A stretch of 27,281 nucleotides of DNA from an uncultured Bacteroidales bacterium (GTDB lineage: Bacteria > Bacteroidota > Bacteroidia > Bacteroidales > UBA12077), in assembly GCA_964453775.1 (NCBI GenBank), contig CAYVSF010000002.1, positions 1 to 27,281 on the forward strand, written 5' to 3'. This document shows, piece after piece, positions 1-9,100 of this stretch. The position numbers and the translations under genes are program-made. Position 1 is the first letter of the stretch. Every line of letters begins with the position of its first letter. The notes under the pieces are model-generated. The model was not told the DNA's origin. It did not search any database and worked only from the letters and a program-made list of their open reading frames with translations.

Positions 1-801
1 CCAGAAGGGAATATTTTCCATTTCCAGGTCCTGGTACAGCATGGGAACGACACAAATCGGAAAATCTCCGGCAATGCCGCCGCCAATCTGGAAGAAACCC
101 ACGCCTTTTCCTGTGGAATTGTTGGTATACCATTCGGCCAGCCACATCATATATTCAATCCCCGACTTCATGATGTTTGGCTCCAGTTCTTTTTTAATAC
201 AGTAGGAAGCAAAAATATTGCCCATGGTGCTGTCTTCCCACCCGGGAACAACAATGGGAATGTTTTTTTCGGCTGCGGCCACCATCCAGCTGTCTTTTGG
301 GTCAATTTGGTAGAATTGCTCCAGCTTTCCCGAGCGAATAAGCTGGTACATGTATTCATGCGGGAAGAAGCGTTTTTTTGATTTTTGGGCCTCCTGCCAA
401 ATATCAAATATGGGTTTTTGAATTCTTCGAAAAGCCTCTTCTTCCGGGATGCATGTGTCGGTTACGCGGTTCAGTCCGCGATCCAGCAGATCGCGTTCCT
501 GCTGTGGTGTCAAATCGCGGTATTGGGGCACCCGTTCGTAGTGCTTGTGTGCCACCAGATTCATGATGTCTTCTTCCAGGTTGGCTCCGGTGCAGGAGAT
601 GATGTGTACTTTGTCGGCACGGATCATCTCTGCCAGGCTCTTCCCCATTTCGGCAGTGCTAATAGCCCCGGCCAGGGTTACCATCATTTTCCCGTCATCA
701 TTGATGAATTGTTCATACCCAATAGCGGCCTCTTTCAACGCAGCCGCATTGAAATGGCTGAAATGCCGGTTGATGAATTGTGATATACTGTTTCTTTGCA
801 T
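1..801 (-). CDS. Deoxyhypusine synthase-like protein (probable SpeY-type homospermidine synthase), 3'-truncated by the window edge
   Basis: Not in the ORF track. Manual translation from ATG at 801 gives 267 codons without a stop: MQRNSISQFINRHFSHFNAAALKEAA...MVTLAGAISTAEMG...IISCTGANLEED...GLNRVTDTCIPEEE...VVPGWEDSTMGN...GFFQIGGGIAGDF. These are DHS NAD-binding motifs. The gene starts 13 bp after the agmatinase stop. Confidence 0.92.
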   Translation of the reverse strand, partial: MQRNSISQFINRHFSHFNAAALKEAAIGYEQFINDDGKMMVTLAGAISTAEMGKSLAEMIRADKVHIISCTGANLEEDIMNLVAHKHYERVPQYRDLTPQQERDLLDRGLNRVTDTCIPEEEAFRRIQKPIFDIWQEAQKSKKRFFPHEYMYQLIRSGKLEQFYQIDPKDSWMVAAAEKNIPIVVPGWEDSTMGNIFASYCIKKELEPNIMKSGIEYMMWLAEWYTNNSTGKGVGFFQIGGGIAGDFPICVVPMLYQDLEMENIPFW

Positions 802-814
802 TTTTATGGGATTA

Positions 815-1678
815 TTAAAAGGTAAAAGGTCTTTCATTGTAGCTGGCAATATAACTGAGCAACTTATAATAGAGCTTGGCAGCCATAAAATCAGAAGCTT
901 TGGACGCTTCATTGGGGCAAAGCTCCATCATATCAAAGCCTACTATCTTGCGTTGTTGAGCTACCATCTTCAGGTATTTTAAGGTGGGGTACCATTCCAG
1001 TCCGCCCGGCTCCGGAGTTCCGGTTGCCGGCAAAATGGAAGGATCAAAGGCGTCCAAATCAATAGTGATGTAAACTTCTTTTCCCATCTGATCAATGGAT
1101 TGTTGCATCCACTCGTCCTTATCCCAAATATCATTGGCAAAATACACCTTTTTATCGTCCATGTGTTGCTTTTCTTGCGCATCCATACTTCGGATGCCTA
1201 CCTGTAAAAGATTGGTGGTTTTGGAAGCTTCGAACAGGGCACAGGCATGATTGTTGGCAGAACCTTCATATTCGGGACGCAAATCGGCATGTGCATCCAG
1301 TTGAAGTACTGTTAAATCCGGAAAATGCTGCTTGTAGGCACGGATGCTTCCGATGCTTACCGAATGCTCCCCGCCAAAAAGGCTCACAAATTTCCTGTTT
1401 CCCAGGTGGTACGAAACGGCCTTGTGGACTTCGGCCACCATGCTTTCGGGGGAACGATTCTCCCGGATAAACGGAGCCAGGAAGATGCCCTCTTTGTACA
1501 CTTCGCTATCGGTTTCGATGTCATACAGCTCCATGTTTTCAGCTGCCTCCAGGAAAGCCTTTGGCCCTTTATTCGCACCTTTTATCCAGGTGCTCGTGCC
1601 ATCGTAGGGCACGGGCAGGAGTACAATCTTTGCCTCTGCTTCATGAGCGTATTTATCATCTATTCCTGCAAAATTCAT
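815..1678 (-). CDS. speB: Agmatinase (ureohydrolase family)
   Basis: Motifs PYDGTSTW..GA..GP, GGEHS, LDAHADLR and DLDAFDPS..PATGTPEPGG carry the binuclear Mn ligands. The gene lies in an operon with arginine decarboxylase. Confidence 0.93.
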   Translation of the reverse strand: MNFAGIDDKYAHEAEAKIVLLPVPYDGTSTWIKGANKGPKAFLEAAENMELYDIETDSEVYKEGIFLAPFIRENRSPESMVAEVHKAVSYHLGNRKFVSLFGGEHSVSIGSIRAYKQHFPDLTVLQLDAHADLRPEYEGSANNHACALFEASKTTNLLQVGIRSMDAQEKQHMDDKKVYFANDIWDKDEWMQQSIDQMGKEVYITIDLDAFDPSILPATGTPEPGGLEWYPTLKYLKMVAQQRKIVGFDMMELCPNEASKASDFMAAKLYYKLLSYIASYNERPFTF

Positions 1679-3234
1679 GATGATTCTTTTTTAGAGGATG
1701 CAATTTCCGATTCAATTTTCCGGTACAAATCTTTGCGCCTGTCTTTCAGGTTGTTGACACTACCGGTAGTATGCAATTCTTTGAGAAGATCCAGATTCAC
1801 ATCAACCATTAGCGTCATTTCTGTATTGGGTGTTGCCTCGGAAACCACCCCGGAAATAGGGAATGAGAAATCGGCCGGTGAAAAAACAGCCGACTGGGCA
1901 TACTGGATATCCATATTGGCCACCCTTGGCAGGTTTCCTACAGAACCGGCAATGGCCACGTAGCATTCATTTTCAATGGCCCTGGCCTGGGCGCAGTTCC
2001 GCACGCGGAAATAGCCGTTTTGCGTATCGGTAAGGAAAGGGACAAAGATCATCTGTACGCCTTGTTCGGCATACAACCTTGAAAGCTCGGGAAATTCAAC
2101 ATCATAGCAAATAAGTATCCCTATTTTCCCGCAATCGGTATCGAATGCCTTTAGTTCTTCTCCGGCTGTTACTCCCCAACTGGAGACTTCGTTGGCAGTA
2201 ATATGAATTTTCTTAAACCATTCCCAGCTGCCATCCCTGCGGCAGAGATAGCTGATGTTGTAGAGCTTTTCATCTTCAACAATCGGCATGGTTCCGGTGA
2301 TGATATTTACGTTGTAAGCGATGGCAAATTCAATAAATTTATCCCTGAAGTAGTTGGTGTGATGGGCCAGCATTCGCATGGCTTCGTTCTCATCCAGGTG
2401 GTTGTATTTTTCCATCAGGGGAGCGTTAAAAAACTCCGGAAAAAGGATAAAGTCGCTTTGGTAGTTGCTTACCGAATTTACAAAGAATTCTACCTGGTTG
2501 ATCAACTCCTGTTCTGATGAAACATTTCGCATTTGCCACTGGATAAGTCCAATGCGCACCACAGACTTTTTACGGTTGATCAGTTTTTCACTTTCATCGT
2601 AATAAATATTGTTCCATTCAATTAAGGTGGCATACTCCTTTGATTCGATATCGGTGGGGAGATAGCCTTTGAGGATTTTTTTCACATGAAAGTCATTACT
2701 GAGTTGGAAAGTAAGAATAGGATCGATAATTTCTTTCAGTTTTACTTTCTCGATGTATTGTTTGGGTGTTAATTCATGCGCATAATCGGCATACAAAGGG
2801 ATGCGTCCTCCAGCAATTATGGCGCGCAGGTTGAGGTTTTCACACAGTTCTTTGCGTGCATCATACAGCCTTCGACCCAATCGCATCTCCCGATATTCGG
2901 GATGAACAAACAAGTCGATTCCATAGAGCACATCACCGTTGGAATCATTGGTGTTGAAAGTTTCATTTTCTGTAATTTCCGCATAAGTGTGCTTGTCGCC
3001 ATATTCTTCATAATCGACAATGAGGGCCAGTGCAAACCCCACCACTTTGTCGTTTACGACTACACAAATTTGGCCTTCCGGAAAAATTTCCAGCAGATCC
3101 CGGATATGATTTTTTTCCCATACCGGCTCAGGAATGCCTGCATAGGCTGTGCTCATAGCTTCTTTCAGATCCTGGTAGTCCTTTAGCCTTAAATTACGCA
3201 GTTCAATGATATTTTCCTGTCCCTTAGTTTCCAT
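1675..3234 (-). CDS. Bifunctional GNAT N-acyltransferase / carbon-nitrogen hydrolase (nitrilase superfamily), YhcX-like
   Basis: N-terminal GNAT motif A (LFVHPEYREMRLGRRL). C-terminal nitrilase triad Glu (FPEFF), Lys (FKKIH), Cys (ICYDVEFPE), plus RAIENECYV. Its stop overlaps the speB start (ATGA, 1675-1678). Confidence 0.9.
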   Translation of the reverse strand: METKGQENIIELRNLRLKDYQDLKEAMSTAYAGIPEPVWEKNHIRDLLEIFPEGQICVVVNDKVVGFALALIVDYEEYGDKHTYAEITENETFNTNDSNGDVLYGIDLFVHPEYREMRLGRRLYDARKELCENLNLRAIIAGGRIPLYADYAHELTPKQYIEKVKLKEIIDPILTFQLSNDFHVKKILKGYLPTDIESKEYATLIEWNNIYYDESEKLINRKKSVVRIGLIQWQMRNVSSEQELINQVEFFVNSVSNYQSDFILFPEFFNAPLMEKYNHLDENEAMRMLAHHTNYFRDKFIEFAIAYNVNIITGTMPIVEDEKLYNISYLCRRDGSWEWFKKIHITANEVSSWGVTAGEELKAFDTDCGKIGILICYDVEFPELSRLYAEQGVQMIFVPFLTDTQNGYFRVRNCAQARAIENECYVAIAGSVGNLPRVANMDIQYAQSAVFSPADFSFPISGVVSEATPNTEMTLMVDVNLDLLKELHTTGSVNNLKDRRKDLYRKIESEIASSKKESS

Positions 3235-3236
3235 AA

Positions 3237-4634
3237 TTATGTGTTATATCCCAGAATAGGAAGCATGTCTTCTGGTGTTTGTTCATCCTGGAACAATTGT
3301 ATCGTTAATTTTCCGGTTTGGTTTCTGTCCAGAATAACGTGTTTGGGGGCAGGAATCAGGCAATGCTGCAATCCACCGTATCCCCCGAGCGTTTCCTGGT
3401 AAGCACCTGTATGGAAGAAGCCAATGTACAAAGTTTCATTTTCAGCTGCTTTCGGGAGGTATATGGCGTTGGCATGCTGCTCGGAATTGTAGTAATCGTC
3501 GCTGTCGCATGTTAGACCTCCCAAGAAGACTCTCTCGTAGTTGTTTTGCCAGAGATTCAGGGGCAAGAGGATAAAGCGCTTGTTAATTGCCCAGGAGTCT
3601 GGCAATGTAGTCATAAACGAGCTGTCAATCATGTTCCAAAGCTCGCGATCGTTTTGCTTTTTTTGGCCCAGTACCGAATAGATCATAGCACCGCTTTCGC
3701 CTACTGTAAAGGAGCCAAATTCTGAAAAAAGATGCGGTTCTGGAAGATCATTGGTTTCGCAGAATATTTTTGTTTGGGTTACGATTTCTTCCACCATGTA
3801 GGCATAATCATAATCGAAGGAAAGTGAGTTCTTCACAGGGAAGCCACCTCCGATGTTCAGGGAATCGAGATCCTTGCTTGCTTTTTTAAGTTCCCCGTAA
3901 ACATTCAAACATTTTATCAATTCGCTCCAGTAGTAGGAATTGTCCTTAATGCCGGTATTGATGAAAAAATGCAGCATTTTTAGCCGGAATTTTGGGTTGT
4001 CCTTTATTCGTTTCCTGTAAAAGGGAACGATGTCTTTGTAACCAATGCCCAACCTGGAAGTATAAAATTCAAATTTAGGTTCTTCTTCAGAGGCAATGCG
4101 GATTCCTACATTTACCGTTTTATGAACTTTTTCTTCCAGTTGATCCAACTCGCTGATGTTATCAATGACCGGGATTACGTTTTCGAATCCGTTGTTGATG
4201 ATTCGGGCAATGTTATCGATATATGCTTCGCGCTTAAACCCGTTGCAAATGATATAGGTTTGTTTGGTGATTTTTCCTTCCACGTAAAGTTTCTCTACAA
4301 TATTGATATCAAAGGCAGAGGAGGTTTCGATGTGGATGTCATTTTTCAATGCCTCGTGCATAACATGCTTAAAGTGGCTGCTTTTTGTACAATAGCAATA
4401 GGTGTAAGTGCCTTTATAGTCCACTTTTTTCATGGCCCCGGAAAACCATTTTTTTGCCCTTTTTATTTGGGAAGATATTTTGGGTAGGTAGGTTAGCCTA
4501 AGCGGGGTACCATATTCATGAATAATGTCCATAAGAGGAATTTCATGAAAAAGTAAATTGTTCCCGTCAAGAGTAAATTCTTCTTGTGGGAAATCAAAAG
4601 TTTGCTCAACTAAGTCAATGTATTTTATCTTCAT
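3237..4634 (-). CDS. speA: Arginine decarboxylase, short alanine-racemase-fold (fold III PLP) form
   Basis: PLP lysine in YCTKSS, plus LNIGGGFP, EFGSFTV, GLTCDSDDYY (catalytic Cys) and FHTGAYQ. 465 aa. The arginine substrate is inferred from the co-transcribed agmatinase. Confidence 0.85.
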   Translation of the reverse strand: MKIKYIDLVEQTFDFPQEEFTLDGNNLLFHEIPLMDIIHEYGTPLRLTYLPKISSQIKRAKKWFSGAMKKVDYKGTYTYCYCTKSSHFKHVMHEALKNDIHIETSSAFDINIVEKLYVEGKITKQTYIICNGFKREAYIDNIARIINNGFENVIPVIDNISELDQLEEKVHKTVNVGIRIASEEEPKFEFYTSRLGIGYKDIVPFYRKRIKDNPKFRLKMLHFFINTGIKDNSYYWSELIKCLNVYGELKKASKDLDSLNIGGGFPVKNSLSFDYDYAYMVEEIVTQTKIFCETNDLPEPHLFSEFGSFTVGESGAMIYSVLGQKKQNDRELWNMIDSSFMTTLPDSWAINKRFILLPLNLWQNNYERVFLGGLTCDSDDYYNSEQHANAIYLPKAAENETLYIGFFHTGAYQETLGGYGGLQHCLIPAPKHVILDRNQTGKLTIQLFQDEQTPEDMLPILGYNT

Positions 4635-4805
4635 CTCCCTTGTAAGTTATTATAAAAAATGAACCGGCTAAAAGTAATTATTTTTCGAATTTGAGCTACC
4701 TCCTGGCAGAAAAAAATCAGAAAAAACATAGGGTTGTATCATTCATAAATTCAACCAGATAGTTGCTATGGTTTTCATATACATAAAATACACTATTTCT
4801 GGCAG

Positions 4806-4839
4806 AAAAAAAAAGCTGCATTCTAAAAAAAGCAGCTTT
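4806..4839 (-). terminator. Intrinsic terminator of the HU-SPOR gene
   Basis: Inverted repeat AAAGCTGC (4812-4819) / GCAGCTTT (4832-4839) followed by a T-run on the minus strand, 20 bp after the stop at 4860. Confidence 0.75.
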
Positions 4840-4859
4840 ATTTAGGAGTGGAATTTATT

Positions 4860-6044
4860 TTATTGATAAAGCAACCAGGCCTTTTTGCCTTTTTCCTTTG
4901 TAATGAAATTCAGCTCTGCCTGAGCTTTTCGCTTATCGGGGAAAGAATTATAGCTTACCCGGTACATTCCATTATGAATGGGGAGTTTTTCAGGTTTGTA
5001 GCCTTGTTTCTTTAAATCTTCCATGAATGCATCTGCATATTTTTCGTTTTGAAAACTACCGGCAATAATGTAATATTTTTTCCCGGCTGGTTTGGCCGTA
5101 GTCTTCTTTGCCTGGGCTTTTTGTTTCGTAGTAGTTTTATTTGCTGTTTGAGTTTCTTTCTTGTCAGGGCTGGTGGTTTCTTTTTGTCTTTTTTCGTCTT
5201 CTTTTTTCACTTTTGCAGCATCCTCTTTCGCCGGTTTCTTTTTTGCAATTTGTTCGGTTTTTACTTTTCCTTCATTTTTGGAGAAGAAGTCTTTTACCAC
5301 ATCAAAGTTTAGGATGGCAAGAATGAATATGACAGCTAAAGGAACGCTAATAGCGATCGTAATAATTAAGCCTTTGTTCAAACCATCTTTTTCTTCCAAT
5401 CGTTTGGGAGCATAGCCTTCTTTAGGTTTCAGGGGCTCGGATGATTTTTCTGTTTTTGCTGCTGTGGCGGCTTTTTCTTTAACAGTCGTTGCTTTCGCCT
5501 GTTCAGCTTTCACTTTTTGAGGTTCTTCTTTTTTGGTTTCTGTTTTTTCCTCTTTTTTAGGAGGTGTTGTTTTTTTAACAGCAGGTTTCTTTTCCGGCTC
5601 TTTTTTAGCAGTTTCTTTTGCTTTTGCAGCCGATGTTTTTGCAGCTGCTTTCGGTTTGGGCTCTTCTTTCTTTTCCGTTGTTTCTGCTTTGGCACCAGAG
5701 GCAACAACGAATTGTATCTTACCCTGTTTGTCCATGGAAAAGTCTCCCATACCTTCAATTGCATAGGATTTTCCAGCTTCCAGGGATTTATTAATATCGT
5801 TTACAAAGTCTTTTATTTTCGTATTGGCTTCTTCCTGTGTAATATTCTCTTTTTTTACGATATGATTAACCAACAGTTCATCATTAAACTTAAGGAACGG
5901 GCTGAAATAGATGTCGTCAATCTTTTTTGAAAGATCTTTAGAGTCCTTGTGCTTGGATGTTGCACGCACAAGAAAAGCTCCGAATTGTGGGATGATAACC
6001 CTGTTATTCGTTGCTAATAATTCTTTTATGTAAGTTGCTATCAT
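4860..6044 (-). CDS. HU-like (CCDC81-type) domain / transmembrane / SPOR domain protein
   Basis: N-terminus IATYIKELL..NNRVIIPQFGAFLV and IEGMGDFSMD resembles HU-CCDC81 domains. It is followed by a K/E/A/T-rich linker, one TM helix (LIITIAISVPLAVIFILAIL) and a C-terminal SPOR (YYIIAGSFQNEKYA...YRVSYNSF). Confidence 0.8.
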   Translation of the reverse strand: MIATYIKELLATNNRVIIPQFGAFLVRATSKHKDSKDLSKKIDDIYFSPFLKFNDELLVNHIVKKENITQEEANTKIKDFVNDINKSLEAGKSYAIEGMGDFSMDKQGKIQFVVASGAKAETTEKKEEPKPKAAAKTSAAKAKETAKKEPEKKPAVKKTTPPKKEEKTETKKEEPQKVKAEQAKATTVKEKAATAAKTEKSSEPLKPKEGYAPKRLEEKDGLNKGLIITIAISVPLAVIFILAILNFDVVKDFFSKNEGKVKTEQIAKKKPAKEDAAKVKKEDEKRQKETTSPDKKETQTANKTTTKQKAQAKKTTAKPAGKKYYIIAGSFQNEKYADAFMEDLKKQGYKPEKLPIHNGMYRVSYNSFPDKRKAQAELNFITKEKGKKAWLLYQ

Positions 6045-6111
6045 AATGATAAAGCTTTAATTTTTCTTTATTTAACGGGCTTTTGATAATTGCCATAATT
6101 CATCATTACAA

Positions 6112-6119
6112 CAAATATA
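6112..6119 (-). promoter_or_regulatory. Bacteroidota sigma-A -7 element for the HU-SPOR gene
   Basis: TATATTTG on the minus strand matches TAnnTTTG and lies in the intergenic gap upstream of the ATG at 6044. Confidence 0.55.
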
Positions 6120-6160
6120 GGAAATTAATTAAATAAGCGAAAGCCTTATAGTGAAGACTT

Positions 6161-9100
6161 TTAGTTAATTATGAGGTTTTTGCTTATTGTTTGCAGCAAT
6201 TGATCAATATGAATGGGTTTGGAGATGTAGCTGTCAAAGCCAGCTTTTATGCATCTTTCTTCCTCATTATCATGAACATATGCCGTTTGGCCTATCACCC
6301 GAATATTGTTTCTAAATCGCTTAATTTCTTTGGTTGCTTCAAAACCATCCATAACCGGCATTTTGATATCCATTAATACCAAATCGATGTTTTCATTCTT
6401 TTTACACATCTCCACGGCTTCTTTTCCATCACGGGCCCATAATACCTTGGCTCTTGTTGGACTGAGCGCTTCCTGGATAAAAACATAGTTCATATCTAAA
6501 TCTTCAGCTATCAGCACAACCTTATTGTGCCAGTCATAACTGTCATCAGGGATGATTCCTGTTTCATCAAACTTGGGCTCATTAATTTCTAATGGAATAG
6601 TAAAATAAATGCTGGTACCTTCTTTGGGAGTGGATTGCACCCAGATATCGCCTCCCATAAATTTGATAATTTTCTTTGCAATAGACAGACCGATGCCAAT
6701 ACCTCCATACTCTCGTGTTGAAGAATCGTCTGCCTGGCGGAAGATTTCATAAATTTGTCCAAATTTATCTTTGTTGATGCCAATTCCCGAATCAATGACG
6801 TAGAATTGGAGCATGTTTTTATCCTTTAGCAGGCTGTAGCCTACTTCAACAAAGCCTTTATCGGTAAATTTAATGGCATTTTCAACCAGGTTGTAAACCA
6901 CTTGTCTCAGACGGCTTGGATCGGTAATTACCTTGAAATTTTTGTCCTTAATTCCTTTGTGCAGGGACAGCCCGATTTTTTTGTTTTGATTTCGCTGCAG
7001 TTTCAGTTCAAATTCGTTGTAAATATCCTGCAAGAGTGCATTGAGTTCGCATTCTGTTTTATGGAAAGCAATTTCTCCATTTTGGATCTTTGAAATATCA
7101 ATAACGTCGTCTATCAATTTAAGCAGGTTATTGCTGTTCTCAACTACCAGATTTTTAATTCGTTTTCGCTCGTCATCAGGCAGATTTTCTTCCATGAACA
7201 GGTTTGAAAATCCAATGATGGCATTTAAAGGGGTCCTGATTTCATGAGAAAGGTTGGCCAGGAAGGCAGATTTTAAATTATCTGCTTCTTCTGCTTTTTC
7301 CTTGGCAACAATCAGTTCTTTTTCACTTTTCTTCCTGTCCGAAATATTTTCCGAAATAAATACGAAGTGTGTAATTTCGTTTTTCTCATTGCGAACAGCA
7401 GATATTGAAGTTAGTTCCCAGTATAACTCTCCTGTTTTTTTACGGTTGTTAAATTCTCCCTGCCAATCCTCGCCTGTTTTAACATACTCCATGATATCGT
7501 TGAAGAGTGTGTCCGAGAGTTTTTCGGGTCGCAAGATGCTGATTTTTTCACCTTCTACTTCTTCGGCACTATAGGTCGTAACTTCAGTAAAAGCAGGGTT
7601 CACATATTCAATATTCCCTTCAAGATTGGTAATTGCCACGCTAACCGGGGAATGGTGAATAGCATTGGAAAGAATATGCAGCTTGTATTCGGTTTCTTTT
7701 CTTCGTGTGATATCCAGGGATACCCCGCCAATTTTCCACTTGTTGTCCGTACCAATAAAACGGAATTTATGTGTCATATAGGTATGTGCATTGCCTTCCT
7801 TATCGGGCAAATCCTCTTCAACCACCAATACTTTCCCCTCTAAAACCTGCTTGTCTTCTTTAATCACCCTTTTAGCATATTTTGATGGGAAGATTTCCTG
7901 AGGGGTTTTATTCATGCAATCCGATTTTGAAAAAACGGTATCCATGTATTTGTTAAGATAAATAGCTTTGCCATCCTCATCTTTTATAAAAATACCGAGG
8001 GGCAGGTTGTCCATAAAAATGGAAAATTGTCTTTCGGATTTTTTCAGAGCTTCTTCGATTGCTATTCGTTGGGATATATCTTTGTAATCTTCTATAACAC
8101 CTAGCAATTCTCCGTTTTCTCCCTTAAAGGCCACTGCTGTGAGAATACCGGGAATTGTTTTTCCAGCCTTATTTCTTTTTTTGATGTCTTGTTCTACCAG
8201 TTCTTCACCATTTTTGATTCTGTTAATCGGGCACTCTGCAGTATGGCAAAAAGGTCCGGGGAACACGTCGTAGCATTTTTTGCCTTCGGCATCTTCTTTA
8301 CTTATTCCAGATGTGTTGGTAAACGACCGGTTTACCCGTAATACGGTATAATCCTTAGTAATCAGACGCATGCTGTTCCCGGTGGTGTTGAAAATTTGAT
8401 TCAACTCCGTATTCGTGTCGATAATTTCTTTTGATTTTTCAGCAATTCTGGCATCCAGGGAGTTTTGTAGATTGAAGAATTTGTCCAGTAGGCTGTTAAA
8501 TGAGAAGTACAGTATCAAGAAAACAGCAATAAGAATGAGGAAAATAATTAAAAGAGATTTATAAATATATATTAGGTACTGATTTTGAAGCTTGCTGACA
8601 TCTTTCGCTAAATAGATACCAGTGAAACCCTGCGAGGTAAAAATATTCTCTACAGGAAGATAGTTCAGGTACCACACTTTATCTTTTATGCGTGTTAATC
8701 CGGTGGGAAGGTCTTTAGATATGGGTTTTTCTAATAATTCAGGAAAAAGGGTGCTATTTACCGAAGGCCTGTACATCTTATTCTGATGGAGAAGCCCTTT
8801 GTTGAATTTTATTTGGAGTTCATTGTTCAGAGCATCTTTCTCAAAAACGGAGGCAATAGATACTTCATGCTCTTGATGGATATAATCTAATATTTCTTTT
8901 TCATGAATTCCAAATTCAATACATCCGATGTACTCATTATTAAAGAAAACGGGTTCGGTAATGATGTAAACCAATTCGTTATTTTCCAGCCCAAAGCCCA
9001 TTAATTTTTGGCGGGTAGAGTTTACTTCTTTTACCCATCGAGAGGGTGGTGCGTCCACTTCTTGTTCGGGTCCTTTGGCTGTTTTAAGCAAGAGCTGATT

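Noticed and set aside
385-982. Plus-strand ORFs 385..783 and 545..982 (also 168..407 on the minus strand)
   Set aside because: These are shadows of the DHS-like gene and speB with no recognisable motifs. The real frame is 801 to 1 on the minus strand.
4635-4640. AGGGAG Shine-Dalgarno-like sequence before speA
   Set aside because: It directly abuts the ATG (zero spacing), and Bacteroidota generally do not use SD pairing.
4703-4812. 14-bp direct repeat CTGGCAGAAAAAAA (4703-4716 and 4799-4812) upstream of speA
   Set aside because: Half of the match is an A-run and one copy is the terminator tail. It is probably chance, and no riboswitch-like fold was evident.
5049-5930. Phe/Cys/Arg-rich plus-strand ORFs and repetitive-looking DNA
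   Set aside because: They are the antisense of the Lys/Glu/Ala-rich linkers of the SPOR protein. There is no true tandem repeat unit or CRISPR-like spacing.
7335-7342. Short match (CTGTCCGA) to the tRNA-Gln 3' end, as a possible second att site
   Set aside because: It is only 8 bp, lies inside the kinase coding sequence and is expected by chance.
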